Of a DNA stretch of 64,000 nt, positions 34,826-43,537 are shown in pieces. Source of the stretch: Minisyncoccota bacterium (lineage in GTDB: Bacteria; Patescibacteriota; Minisyncoccia; Phycocordibacterales; JAGLPS01); assembly GCA_023137185.1 (NCBI GenBank), contig JAGLPS010000019.1, forward strand, positions 309 to 64,308, read 5' to 3'. Below the pieces are notes generated by a model. It was not told the origin of the DNA. It saw only the letters and a list, made by a program, of their open reading frames with translations, and searched no databases. The number at the start of each line of letters is the position of its first letter. Within the stretch, counting starts at the first letter, position 1. Both the position numbers and the translations under genes were made by a program.

Positions 34826-35650
34826 TTACAGCGCCTGCGTGGTTGTCGCAGTGATATTTATTTTCTCTACCGGCAGAAATGCTCCTTTCATAACAGAGGA
34901 AGTCTTGATGCCCACCATTTCTCCGGAAAGGTTTATGAGAAGCGCTCCAAGTGTCTCGTTGGAAACATTTATGTCTGTATTAATTAGTGAAACAGTATCC
35001 CCTACAGTATTAACACTTTCTCCTCTTATGGATGAGGAAAACCCGGATACGCGTCCCGTAGCAACTATCGTACTTATCTCTCCCCCCAAGAGAATGACAC
35101 TCTGCCCGAGCTTAAGCGGCTTATTTGATACAACAACCGGATAAAATGTATACGGGGTGGTTGTTCCAAAGGATGAAGAAAGATATATGACTCCATTAAG
35201 CGTATCTCTGCGAATGACAGAAACTGTTGTCGTGGCGGCATCATAAAATTTTGCCGTGTATATTGTGCCCTCAACAAAATCACGCAATGAAGCAACAATT
35301 ATACCTCCGCTTGAGAACACAGTACCAAGTGTATAAAACGACCCTTCTTCAGAACCACGAAAAATTCTTACCACACTCTTTGAATTTTTATCAATCGAAT
35401 CAATAACAAGCTCCTCTTCCTTTACTATTATTGTTATTTCCTTGATTTCCTTCGTTTCCGTTATTTTTCCGGGAATTTCGACAGGGACTACTCGTTCAAT
35501 AGTTTTTTCAACGACACGATTGATTGTCTGAGTTATCTCCTGCGGAGCTTCGTTCAAAAGAGAAACAGTCATAATTCCTGTCGCAATTGATGTGACAAAA
35601 CTTAATAAAAGCGTTAAAAGAATTAATTGTTGTTTAGTTAAATCCTCCAT
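34826..35650 (-). CDS. Membrane-anchored trypsin-fold (HtrA/DegP-like) pseudo-protease lacking the catalytic His and Ser
   Basis: N-terminal TM segment. GALLINLSGEMVGIKT aligns to the HtrA GNSGGPLVNLNGEVIGINT with the nucleophile Ser replaced. The His-region equivalent is GTVFSSGGIIVAS. Confidence 0.45.
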   Translation of the reverse strand: MEDLTKQQLILLTLLLSFVTSIATGIMTVSLLNEAPQEITQTINRVVEKTIERVVPVEIPGKITETKEIKEITIIVKEEELVIDSIDKNSKSVVRIFRGSEEGSFYTLGTVFSSGGIIVASLRDFVEGTIYTAKFYDAATTTVSVIRRDTLNGVIYLSSSFGTTTPYTFYPVVVSNKPLKLGQSVILLGGEISTIVATGRVSGFSSSIRGESVNTVGDTVSLINTDINVSNETLGALLINLSGEMVGIKTSSVMKGAFLPVEKINITATTTQAL

Positions 35651-35695
35651 AGATTACTCATTCATAATAACAAAACACTTTAACGAACACCAATA

Positions 35696-36880
35696 CTATC
35701 GCGCTCGCAAAACAATTGACGGAAGGGCTTTTAATAACACGTCTATATCGTTTTTGCGAGTTCCCCGCCCCATCGTAATGCGAAGGCTTGAAACAGCGCA
35801 TTCTTTTTTGCTCAACGCTTCAATAACGTAAGATGAAGCCCCTTCCGCAAGTGTCCGACAAGAACTTGCGTACGCGACAGATATTCCTAGCGCGTCCAAA
35901 AGATATACCGCGAACTCGGCGTTCATCCCCGGAATACAAATATTTATGTTATTAGGAAGCCTTTCCGCACAGCTTCCATTAAGCGATGCTTTTGGAAATT
36001 GTTTTAAAATTTTTTCTATTGCGTAATCCCGCAGAAAAGAGAGATATTTTGCTTCTTTTTCTCTGTCACGCGTTGCCATTTCTAAAGAAACGGCCATACC
36101 TACAATACCCGCGACGTTTTCAGTTCCCGACCGCAACCCATATTCTTGCCCTCCTCCATACATAATTGGAAGCAAACGGGTACCGCGTCGCGCGTATAAC
36201 ATTCCTACCCCCTTAGGACCATACACTTTTGACGCGTCAAGAGTCATTAAATCAACGCCAAGCGAGGAGACATTCAAGGGCAGGTAGTTGGGAGCCTGAC
36301 TTGCGTCTGTATGAAAATACAAGGAAGTACCTTTTTCCTCTTTATATTCACGAATTACCTTACCAATTTCACGAATCGGGTTTACAGTGCCAATTTCGTT
36401 ATTCGCATACATTACTGAAACAAGAATAGTTTCTTCCCGCAATGCTTCTCTGATTGAGCTGGCAGTAACGAGACCGTTTTCGTTCGGGTGAATAAGAGTA
36501 ACATTTCCTCCGACAGCCTTAATTGCCTTTGCAACTTCTCGCACCGCGGGGTGTTCAATCGTAGTTGTAACAATGTGAGGAGCTTTTTTCCCTTGATATG
36601 AATTAATCACTCCCCAGAGAGCCAGATTTGCCGATTCTGTTCCGCTTCCGGTAAATATAATTTCCTCCGAACGACTTCCCAATATACGCGCTATTTTTTT
36701 TCGCGCCTGTTCAACCGCTTTCTTGGCGTCAATTCCTTCTTGGTATAATGTGGCAGGGTTTCCAAAATGCTCCGAAAAATATGGCCCCATAGCTCTTTTT
36801 ACCTCCAACAGCACTGGTGTTGTTGAGGCGTAATCAAGAAATATTCTTTTCTTTTTTCTCCAAAAACCCATACGCGACAT
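35696..36880 (-). CDS. Cysteine desulfurase (IscS/NifS-like, class V aminotransferase)
   Basis: DYASTTPV...FTGSGTESANLALWG...LDASKVYGPKGVGMLYAR (PLP-lysine region). Confidence 0.85.
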   Translation of the reverse strand: MSRMGFWRKKKRIFLDYASTTPVLLEVKRAMGPYFSEHFGNPATLYQEGIDAKKAVEQARKKIARILGSRSEEIIFTGSGTESANLALWGVINSYQGKKAPHIVTTTIEHPAVREVAKAIKAVGGNVTLIHPNENGLVTASSIREALREETILVSVMYANNEIGTVNPIREIGKVIREYKEEKGTSLYFHTDASQAPNYLPLNVSSLGVDLMTLDASKVYGPKGVGMLYARRGTRLLPIMYGGGQEYGLRSGTENVAGIVGMAVSLEMATRDREKEAKYLSFLRDYAIEKILKQFPKASLNGSCAERLPNNINICIPGMNAEFAVYLLDALGISVAYASSCRTLAEGASSYVIEALSKKECAVSSLRITMGRGTRKNDIDVLLKALPSIVLRAR

Positions 36881-36963
36881 TCTACGTATTTATTGCATAA
36901 ATTTCAAACTCCCTTTTCTTGAGTAACGTATTTCCCAATCTGCCCTTGAAACAAGTGATACCT

Positions 36964-37016
36964 TTTTTGGGCATAGATTTTGGACACTCTGTGTCCAAAA
37001 TCTATGCCCAAAAAAC
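36964..37016. repeat. Perfect 53-bp palindrome (25-bp arms: TTTTTTGGGCATAGATTTTGGACAC-tct-GTGTCCAAAATCTATGCCCAAAAAA) in the divergent iscS/DUF4446 intergenic region
   Basis: Seen in the sequence. The core GGACAC/GTGTCC is shared with 8894, 23704, 60771 and 20187. Confidence 0.8.
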
Positions 37017-37192
37017 CAACAAATAACGTAACTTTCCAGAAACTCGCGCAGTCCCGCCCAGTATGGTTTCGCCCAGGGCGAATTGGCGGGACGAGCGGAG
37101 TACATAATTTTCGCTGGAAAATCATAATGCGTTTTCTGGAAAATTATGTTATGAGTGCTATAATCCAGTAGTTAATTAACTCTTAATTTTCT

Positions 37193-37678
37193 ATGCTGAC
37201 AACAGGTATCATTTTTTATATTGTTTCGGGATTTGCACTACTTGTGTTAGTCTGGTTACTTCGTTTAGAAATTAAATTCAAACGACTACTGCCGGGAAAA
37301 TCCCACAATCTTGAGGAATCTCTTACGTCCATTCAAGACGCTGTAAAAGAGCTTAAAAAATTTCAGATAGATTCTGTCGCCTATCTCGGTACTGTAGAAG
37401 AAAGATTGCAGTGCAGTGTCCAAGGCGTTGAAACCATTCGGTTTAATCCGTTTCAAGGAAGGGGTGAAGGTGGAAAGCAAAGTTTCGCGACAGCACTTAT
37501 TAATGAAAAAGGTGATGGAGTGGTCATTTCAAGTCTTTATTCACGCGAAAGAGTAAGTATGTTTGCAAAACCTCTAAAATGCTTTGTGTCAGAATTCGAA
37601 CTTTCAGACGAAGAAAAAGAGGCGCTACAAAAAGCCCGAAAGAGTTTCTCCAATCATAAAGATAAAAATGGAAAATAA
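37193..37678 (+). CDS. DUF4446-like membrane-anchored protein
   Basis: N-terminal TM segment, then RFNPFQGRGEGGKQSFATALINEKGDGVVISSLYSRE, resembling the DUF4446 signature. Confidence 0.45.
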   Translation: MLTTGIIFYIVSGFALLVLVWLLRLEIKFKRLLPGKSHNLEESLTSIQDAVKELKKFQIDSVAYLGTVEERLQCSVQGVETIRFNPFQGRGEGGKQSFATALINEKGDGVVISSLYSRERVSMFAKPLKCFVSEFELSDEEKEALQKARKSFSNHKDKNGK

Positions 37679-39200
37679 ATCTGGACAAAAGAATTCGATT
37701 CCTCTAGGCGGACAAGCCTTAAACGGGCAAGCTCGCCCTCCTGTTATCGCAGTGATGGGGCATATTGACCATGGGAAATCAACGCTTTTGGATTACATTC
37801 GTAAATCAAACATTGTTGAGAAAGAAAGTGGCGGAATTACGCAACATATTTCCGCGTATGAAGTGTCGCATAAAACAAGCGACGGGAAAGAAGGTAGGTT
37901 GACATTTCTTGATACTCCGGGGCATGAAGCATTTGGAGCTCTTCGCGCGCGCGGCGCGCGCATCGCGGACATGGCAGTGCTTGTTATATCTGCTGAAGAT
38001 GGAGTAAAGCCACAGACCCTCGAGGCGTTAAAAGTGATAAAAGAATCGGGTATCCCTTACATCATTGCAATAAATAAAATTGACCTTCCCGGGGCAAATG
38101 TAGAAAAAACAAAAACCGGTCTTGCCGAGAATGAAATCTATATTGAAGGATATGGAGGCTCAATTTCAGCGGTAGAAATTTCGGCAAAAACAGGACAAGG
38201 GGTGAACGACCTGTTGGATATGCTTGTTCTTCTCTCCGATATGGAAGAATTAAAAGGCGACCCGCATAAAAATGCGAAAGGGTTTGTGCTTGAAAACAAT
38301 CTAGATAGCCAAAAAGGAATTTCAGCTACGTTAATTATCAAAGATGGAACGCTTCAATCAGGGATGTTTGTGGTAGCGGAAAAAAGTTATTCTCCTGTCC
38401 GTATTATGGAAGATTTTTCTGGCTCTTCTATAAAGAAAGCAAGTTTTTCAAGTCCTATACGAATTATCGGATGGAATGCTCTTCCTCAAGTAGGCACGTG
38501 CTTTGTTTCTTTAAATTCTAAAAAAGAAGCAGAGAAATATATTGAGCAAAATCAGACTGAAATCCTAAACCAGGAACAAAATGAAGAGGATACACGGACT
38601 ATTATTCCTATTATTATAGAAGCCGACACATCAGGCTCGCTTGAGGCAATTGCCGCGAAAATCGCTCTGTTTTCAAATGACCGCGCGCGATTCAAAATAA
38701 CACAGAGCGGCGTTGGTTCAATTTCCGAAAGCGATATCAAACTTACCCAAAATAATAAAAACACAATTGTTATTGGATTCAATGTAAAAACTGACTCTCT
38801 TGCCCGAAATCTTGCCGAGCGTTCAGGGGTAGATATCCAGATATTTACCATCATTTATGAGTTAACTGATTTTCTCGAAAAAACGCTCCAAGAAAAAACT
38901 CCAAAAGTTGAGAGCGAAGAAGTTATTGGGAAACTGAAAGTTTTGAAGATATTTAGTCAAGAAAAAAACCATCAGGTTATTGGAGGGAAAGTTCTAGAAG
39001 GAAGTCTGAAAGTCGGAGGAGAAGTAAAGGTAGTGCGCAGAGAAACTTTTCTTGGTGAGGGAGAAATACGACAGATTCAAAAACTTAAAAACAAAGTGAG
39101 TGAAGCGACAGAAGGAGAAGAGTGTGGTCTTTTAGTGGAGTCAAAAACAGAAATTGCCATTGGTGATGTGTTAGAAAATTTTGTTCTTGTTGAAAAATGA
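37668..39200 (+). CDS. infB: Translation initiation factor IF-2 (short form; G domain plus beta-barrels)
   Basis: [29 protein letters not shown]. Start chosen at the ATG at 37668 (MENKSGQ), which overlaps the previous gene end. Confidence 0.85.
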   Translation: MENKSGQKNSIPLGGQALNGQARPPVIAVMGHIDHGKSTLLDYIRKSNIVEKESGGITQHISAYEVSHKTSDGKEGRLTFLDTPGHEAFGALRARGARIADMAVLVISAEDGVKPQTLEALKVIKESGIPYIIAINKIDLPGANVEKTKTGLAENEIYIEGYGGSISAVEISAKTGQGVNDLLDMLVLLSDMEELKGDPHKNAKGFVLENNLDSQKGISATLIIKDGTLQSGMFVVAEKSYSPVRIMEDFSGSSIKKASFSSPIRIIGWNALPQVGTCFVSLNSKKEAEKYIEQNQTEILNQEQNEEDTRTIIPIIIEADTSGSLEAIAAKIALFSNDRARFKITQSGVGSISESDIKLTQNNKNTIVIGFNVKTDSLARNLAERSGVDIQIFTIIYELTDFLEKTLQEKTPKVESEEVIGKLKVLKIFSQEKNHQVIGGKVLEGSLKVGGEVKVVRRETFLGEGEIRQIQKLKNKVSEATEGEECGLLVESKTEIAIGDVLENFVLVEK

Positions 39201-39511
39201 GTTTCAAATTTGAAAAAGGAACACAGGTTTTGAGAGACGTCGCGGCAGAATTTGTTTCCCGCGAGTCAAACAGAACATCCCTCATTACTGTCACCTCTGT
39301 CTCCCTATCAACTGATTTCTCAAAAGTTATATTTTTGATAAGCGTATACCCAGAAGAAGCGGAAAAAGAAGCGCTTGACTTCTTAAAAAGAAAAAGGGGA
39401 GAATTGAGGACATACCTCGGAGCGAAAGTAAAAACAAAAAGAATACCCTTTGTCGATTTTGAAATAGACAAAGGCGAGAAAACGCGTCAGCGACTTGACG
39501 AGATTCTCTAG
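39197..39511 (+). CDS. rbfA: Ribosome-binding factor A
   Basis: Position downstream of infB with a 4-bp overlap. KH-like RbfA fold pattern (RTSLITVTSVSLSTDFS.VIFLIS). Confidence 0.8.
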   Translation: MSFKFEKGTQVLRDVAAEFVSRESNRTSLITVTSVSLSTDFSKVIFLISVYPEEAEKEALDFLKRKRGELRTYLGAKVKTKRIPFVDFEIDKGEKTRQRLDEIL

Positions 39512-39555
39512 AACAGTATTTACATAATAAAAAAGAAATCTTAAAGAAAAAATAT

Positions 39556-39630
39556 GGCCTGGTAGACAAGTGGTAAGTCGAGAGTCTGCAAAACTCTTAT
39601 GCGCGGGTTCGATTCCCGCCCAGGCCTCCA
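39556..39630 (+). tRNA. tRNA-Cys (anticodon GCA), CCA encoded
   Basis: GGCCUGG-UA-GACAAGUGGUAAGUC-GAGAG-UCUGCAAAA-CUCUU-AUGC-GCGGG-UUCGAUU-CCCGC-CCAGGCC-U-CCA. Confidence 0.8.
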
Positions 39631-39895
39631 GAAAACTGGTTGCAGTTTTCGTAGAGGACTAGGGAGTACGTAAACTGCTTTACGTGCGTCGGGAATCGAA
39701 AGGTGGAGGCACGTTTTTCTAGCAAGAAAAACAGCCGAGCCAAGGTCATGGAAATGTGTCTGCGACGGCAGACAAATTATCCCTGACCGATTCCCGCCCA
39801 GGCCTCCAGAAAACCGACTGTGGTTTTCGCAGAGGATTGGGAGCATGTAAACTGCTTTATATTCATAGGCTTTGTACCTTTTGTTTTTAAGGCAA
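39631..39895 (+). mobile_element. tRNA-3'-end-linked element. It starts with the hairpin GAAAACTGGTTGCAGTTTTC and a CGTAAACTGCTTTACG hairpin, and ends with a duplicate of the tRNA-Cys 3' end with CCA (39789..39808). A second truncated copy follows (39809..39895).
   Basis: GATTCCCGCCCAGGCCTCCA is repeated. The CUGC-loop hairpin is shared with the topA-linked element. Confidence 0.45.
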
Positions 39896-39898
39896 TCT

Positions 39899-39981
39899 GC
39901 CCGGGTGGCGGAATGGTATACGCGAAGGACTTAAAATCCTTTGTTCGAAAGGACGTGTGGGTTCGACTCCCACCCCGGGCA
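39899..39981 (+). tRNA. tRNA-Leu (anticodon UAA), class II
   Basis: GCCCGGG-UG-GCGGAAUGGUAUACGC, anticodon arm AAGGA-CUUAAAA-UCCUU, long variable arm, T-arm GUGGG-UUCGACU-CCCAC, acceptor CCCGGGC-A. Confidence 0.8.
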
Positions 39982-40201
39982 CAATGGCACATTATGATAT
40001 GAAGAAAAAAGAAACATACGAATCTGTACAGTAAAAAGTGTCACTAATAGAAAAATCTGGTAAAGTAGTAAAATATTCCCCGCCCATAGCCATGCCCCGT
40101 ACCTCCCGCAGCGGGATGGTATCGGGGTCAATTGGTAGATTCGCCAGCTGGCGGACTTTTAAAGAAAATGAAGCAGTTTGATTGTTTGAAAATTTAATCA
40201 T

Positions 40202-40274
40202 CCGCCCATAGCTCAGTTGGTAGAGCAGTTGCCTCTTAAGCAAATGGTCGCAGGTTCGAATCCTGCTGGGCGGA
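40202..40274 (+). tRNA. tRNA-Lys (anticodon CUU); unusual C1-G72 start
   Basis: CCGCCCA-UA-GCUCAGUUGGUAGAGC-A-GUUGC-CUCUUAA-GCAAA-UGGUC-GCAGG-UUCGAAU-CCUGC-UGGGCGG-A. It matches canonical bacterial tRNA-Lys apart from the 5' end. Confidence 0.7.
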
Positions 40275-40532
40275 CTCGCGAAGCGAGTCCGAGACGGAGG
40301 CTGACGAGCCGAGTCGGGCTCGCGCAAAAATTCAGCAGAATTTTATGTGTGAGGACACAAAGACTTTGCGAAGCGATAGGACGTCCAGAGAAAGCAAACT
40401 GCTTTGCTTTCGTCAGGATTCGAAGTTGCCTAACAAGCTAAAAACTAATAAACTACAAGCTGTGGTTATGGGCAGACGGGAAAATTCAAGTAGTACAGCA
40501 AAGCTGACCACAGGATAAATCCCGTACAAAGT

Positions 40533-40614
40533 GCTGGGGTGGCGAAATTGGTAGACGCGCTAGTCTTAGGAACTAGTGGAGCAATCCATGGGAGTTCAAG
40601 TCTCCCCCCCAGCA
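40533..40614 (+). tRNA. tRNA-Leu (anticodon UAG), class II
   Basis: GCUGGGG-UG-GCGAAAUUGGUAGACGC, anticodon arm CUAGU-CUUAGGA-ACUAG, long variable arm, T-arm GGGAG-UUCAAGU-CUCCC, acceptor CCCCAGC-A. Confidence 0.8.
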
Positions 40615-40777
40615 CAAATTGAGCAAAGCGAAAGCTGTGCCGAGGGAGGCGCAGCTTTCTTTCTGAAGAAAGCGTTGCGCGGACTTGAAGCCCGATTGAG
40701 ATTTTCTTGAATCCGAAGGATGAAAAGAAAATCCAATTGGGATACTGAAACTGTAAGTTTCAAGTCTCCCCCCAGCA
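40615..40777 (+). mobile_element. tRNA-3'-end-linked module B, ending in GATACTGAAACTGTAAGTTTC plus a duplicate of the tRNA-Leu(UAG) 3' end (AAGTCTCCCCCCAGCA)
   Basis: About 95% identical to module B at 23319.. and 30473... The whole tRNA-plus-element unit is bracketed by a 19-bp inverted repeat (40521..40539 and 40772..40790). Confidence 0.5.
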
Positions 40778-40888
40778 CTTTGTACGGGATTTGAAATAAC
40801 TTGACTTTTTTAAATATTTGTGACACTGTTACAAATAGAAGATAACGCTTTTTGAAATCGGTTTTTACATCCTAAAGGAGGGTGCAAA

Positions 40889-42112
40889 ATGAAAGAAAAA
40901 AAGAAGGAGCTTTTGGAGATAGCCTTAAACAAGGCTTTGGAAAAGAGAGAAAAAGATAAAGAACGGAGAAAACTAAAATTCATACAGTGGATTGTTGCGT
41001 TGTATAGCATCGCTCTGCTATTTTCTTCCCTTTTTCTTCTTGTATCTCTCAAAATTGGAGGAATTCTGTTTATTGTAAATGTAATCTACTCACTTGCTTC
41101 ATTCAAAACCGTTTCCTCAAATGAGTTGGGGGTAGTACGTCTTTTTGGAGAAGCCGTGGCAGAATTAGAGTCAGGACTTTGTTTTGTGCCACTTGGTATT
41201 TGTGAACTCAAAACATATCCTAAAAGCACTCAAGTAATAGAAATAGGTTCCCCTCTTGAAGATGATGAGGGAAAGCCTATCCCCAAAGAAAAAATTCAAC
41301 GGACTGGTGTTGTGATCAACGACACTCCTTTTAGAATCCCTTTAAAAGGAGATCCAGAGAGTAAAAACGTTATGGACCATGCTTTGACAGTTGATTCTCG
41401 AGCGCAAGTTCAGTACGTCGTCGAAAGCACTATTGCTTTTGACGAACAAAAGAGAGACCCCAATCTTGCTAACAACGAATTAATTGAAGTTCTCAAAACA
41501 GCCGTTCAAAAATTATATGGTGACAAAACACCAAAAATGGTACTCGAGCTCATCAGCAGTGGAAGAATCAACGATGTGCTCCAGGAAGAATTGGAATGGC
41601 TTATCGGTGAACCGACATCACAACCTCCTTCGGTTCTTTCAGGAAAAGAGCCTGAGGAAAATAAGGAGGAGACCAAAGAAAAAGAATGGGAATGGGTTGA
41701 AAACAAAAGGCCATGGTGGGGAATCGACATACTGAGTGTGGGTATCACAACATTGGGCCTTCCGAGAAGGGTGAACGAAGGCCTAGCTGATGCAAGAAAA
41801 AGAGAAATACTTGCAGAGGCAGACGAAGTGCAAAGAGTTAAGGCTGGTACGGGTGACGCATTTGCACTCAGTGCACGTCTTGACGCGGAAGCAACCGGCC
41901 TAAAGAAAAAGGCTAAAGTCGGGAAAACTGTTGAAGGAAAGAGAGTTATTGAACTGGAAACAGTTCAACAAACTTTTAAGAACACGGAGAAAATCATTGT
42001 CACCCCTTCTGAAGGGTTGATGTCCACAGTAATGGGATTATCCCAAGCTGTAAAAGAAACATCCTCTTCTTCCAAAAAGAGCGCCATTGAAAAAGAAACC
42101 GTAAAAAAGTGA
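40889..42112 (+). CDS. SPFH/band-7 domain membrane protein (stomatin/HflKC/flotillin superfamily) with a coiled-coil C-terminus
   Basis: N-terminal TM segment, then SNELGVVRLFGEAVAELESGLCFVPLGICELKTYPKSTQVIE...TVDSRAQVQYVV, the SPFH pattern. Confidence 0.65.
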   Translation: MKEKKKELLEIALNKALEKREKDKERRKLKFIQWIVALYSIALLFSSLFLLVSLKIGGILFIVNVIYSLASFKTVSSNELGVVRLFGEAVAELESGLCFVPLGICELKTYPKSTQVIEIGSPLEDDEGKPIPKEKIQRTGVVINDTPFRIPLKGDPESKNVMDHALTVDSRAQVQYVVESTIAFDEQKRDPNLANNELIEVLKTAVQKLYGDKTPKMVLELISSGRINDVLQEELEWLIGEPTSQPPSVLSGKEPEENKEETKEKEWEWVENKRPWWGIDILSVGITTLGLPRRVNEGLADARKREILAEADEVQRVKAGTGDAFALSARLDAEATGLKKKAKVGKTVEGKRVIELETVQQTFKNTEKIIVTPSEGLMSTVMGLSQAVKETSSSSKKSAIEKETVKK

Positions 42113-42233
42113 GTCCCTTAAAGTGTCCGCCCCACAAAATTTTGTGGGGCGGTTTTTGTTGACTTTTTATATAATTATGCTATACTGCTATTTAGCATCG
42201 GACATTGAAAATTTGAAAAAAGGAGGAGATAAA

Positions 42234-43178
42234 ATGATTAACCCAAAAAAGTGGATGGACGCCTTAAGCAAAAAAATACAGTATCTGAACAACAAGTGTC
42301 GGGAAAAGATTTCACTTCCAACAAAAACAAAAAGGGAGGCAAAAAAAAGTCTTCTAACACGATGGTACCTTTTACAGAAAGAAAAATACGGAAAAGCAAC
42401 AGATTGTATAGTTATTGTCGTTCTTGCCTGTCTTATTATCACTGTTACAGCCATCTTTAAAAACCCAGGAATCTATCGCCTCTCGGCAAAAACAGAGATG
42501 TGGACTATTTATTCATTGATTGGAATTGCCACTATTATTCTTCTACTAAAGAGTGGTGGAGGACAAGCTGGAAAAATTATCTTTTCTTGGTTCAAAGGAA
42601 GATGGGGTGATTTGGTAAATCTGTTTGCATGGCCGGGAGTTATCTTCGCGGGTCTTGTAATGTTCAACATCTTTCTCTGGCTTGTATTCCCGGGATCATG
42701 GAATGCATGGTTTGAAAACAAAAGATGGTTTTTTGCTTCAAGCTTGTTGATTCTGACAATACCGATATTCGTCAGAACAAAAACGATAGGAGGATATACT
42801 GTAGCAGCAATACTCAGTTTTCTTATGACAGGAGGATTTATGCGCCACAATGAAATTCCTCCTTCTATTGCCTACGTGGGTAACTTCTCCCAAACACAAA
42901 CAAAAGAAGTAAAAGAACTTCCATGCCCAGCTCGAAAGGGAGATTTCTGGATTGCTGCTCCAGCTAGCGGATACGGAGAATGTGTTGGGATTCCAAATAA
43001 CTCTTCCGCGAAATTCCGCGCCGATTTTAAAGTATCTATGCAAAGAATGGACACAATGGAGGAGTATCCTAATGTGGATTACAAGACATTCAGTATCCAG
43101 AACTTTAAGGGAGTGCGATTCAAATCTCTTACAGGAAAAGACAAACAGGTTCTAATGCGTATTGAACCTAAGTCTTAG
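42234..43178 (+). CDS. Hypothetical polytopic membrane protein with a C-terminal soluble domain (possible NfeD-like partner of the SPFH protein)
   Basis: Strong RBS AGGAGGAG 6 nt upstream of the ATG at 42234. Multiple TM helices. Followed by a strong terminator. Confidence 0.45.
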   Translation: MINPKKWMDALSKKIQYLNNKCREKISLPTKTKREAKKSLLTRWYLLQKEKYGKATDCIVIVVLACLIITVTAIFKNPGIYRLSAKTEMWTIYSLIGIATIILLLKSGGGQAGKIIFSWFKGRWGDLVNLFAWPGVIFAGLVMFNIFLWLVFPGSWNAWFENKRWFFASSLLILTIPIFVRTKTIGGYTVAAILSFLMTGGFMRHNEIPPSIAYVGNFSQTQTKEVKELPCPARKGDFWIAAPASGYGECVGIPNNSSAKFRADFKVSMQRMDTMEEYPNVDYKTFSIQNFKGVRFKSLTGKDKQVLMRIEPKS

Positions 43179-43198
43179 TTACCTTGTTCTTTAAACCC

Positions 43199-43230
43199 AA
43201 AACGGGAAGACATATGTCTTCCCGTTTTTT
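43199..43230 (+). terminator. Rho-independent terminator (AACGGGAAGACA-TA-TGTCTTCCCGTT followed by TTTT), probably bidirectional
   Basis: Perfect 12-bp stem plus T-run, flanked by an A-run upstream. Confidence 0.7.
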
Positions 43231-43253
43231 ACTTTTAAAATCTAGGTGCAGTT

Positions 43254-43529
43254 TTACGGAAAACTTGGACTATAAATTCCAAAAGTGCCAATGAGTACCT
43301 GTACTATTCCATAGACACTCCCCATTATAAACATTCCAATAAGCCCCCACATAATTGCTCGTTTTCCTTGAAGACGATCGTTATCGGTCAAACCCCCCTC
43401 ACCCTTTCCACTTATCACATACTGCACTACCCCCCAAACAAAAACAATCATTGCGACTGCGAACAAAAGTCGGATAAAAGGGTCAATAATGACTTCAGAA
43501 ACGCTGTTAAGAAAGGGACCAATTGACAT
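43254..43529 (-). CDS. Small two-helix membrane protein, VirB2/TrbC (T4SS pilin)-like paralog 1
   Basis: Helix-loop-helix hydrophobic topology with a central GKGEGG loop; similar to the five upstream paralogs. Confidence 0.4.
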   Translation of the reverse strand: MSIGPFLNSVSEVIIDPFIRLLFAVAMIVFVWGVVQYVISGKGEGGLTDNDRLQGKRAIMWGLIGMFIMGSVYGIVQVLIGTFGIYSPSFP

Positions 43530-43537
43530 ATCGAGCT

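Noticed and set aside
37584-37667. N-terminal 28 codons of the track ORF for infB (MCQNSNFQTKKKRRYKK...)
   Set aside because: They overlap the preceding gene in another frame. The ATG at 37668 (MENKSGQ) gives a conventional IF-2 N-terminus.
40076-40160. tRNA-like fragment (CCGCCCATAGCC... GGGGTCAATTGGTAGA...) before tRNA-Lys
   Set aside because: It resembles pieces of tRNA-Lys and tRNA-Leu but no cloverleaf can be formed. I left it as an unannotated remnant.
40217-40441. 74-aa plus-strand ORF overlapping tRNA-Lys
   Set aside because: It starts inside the tRNA gene and is spurious.
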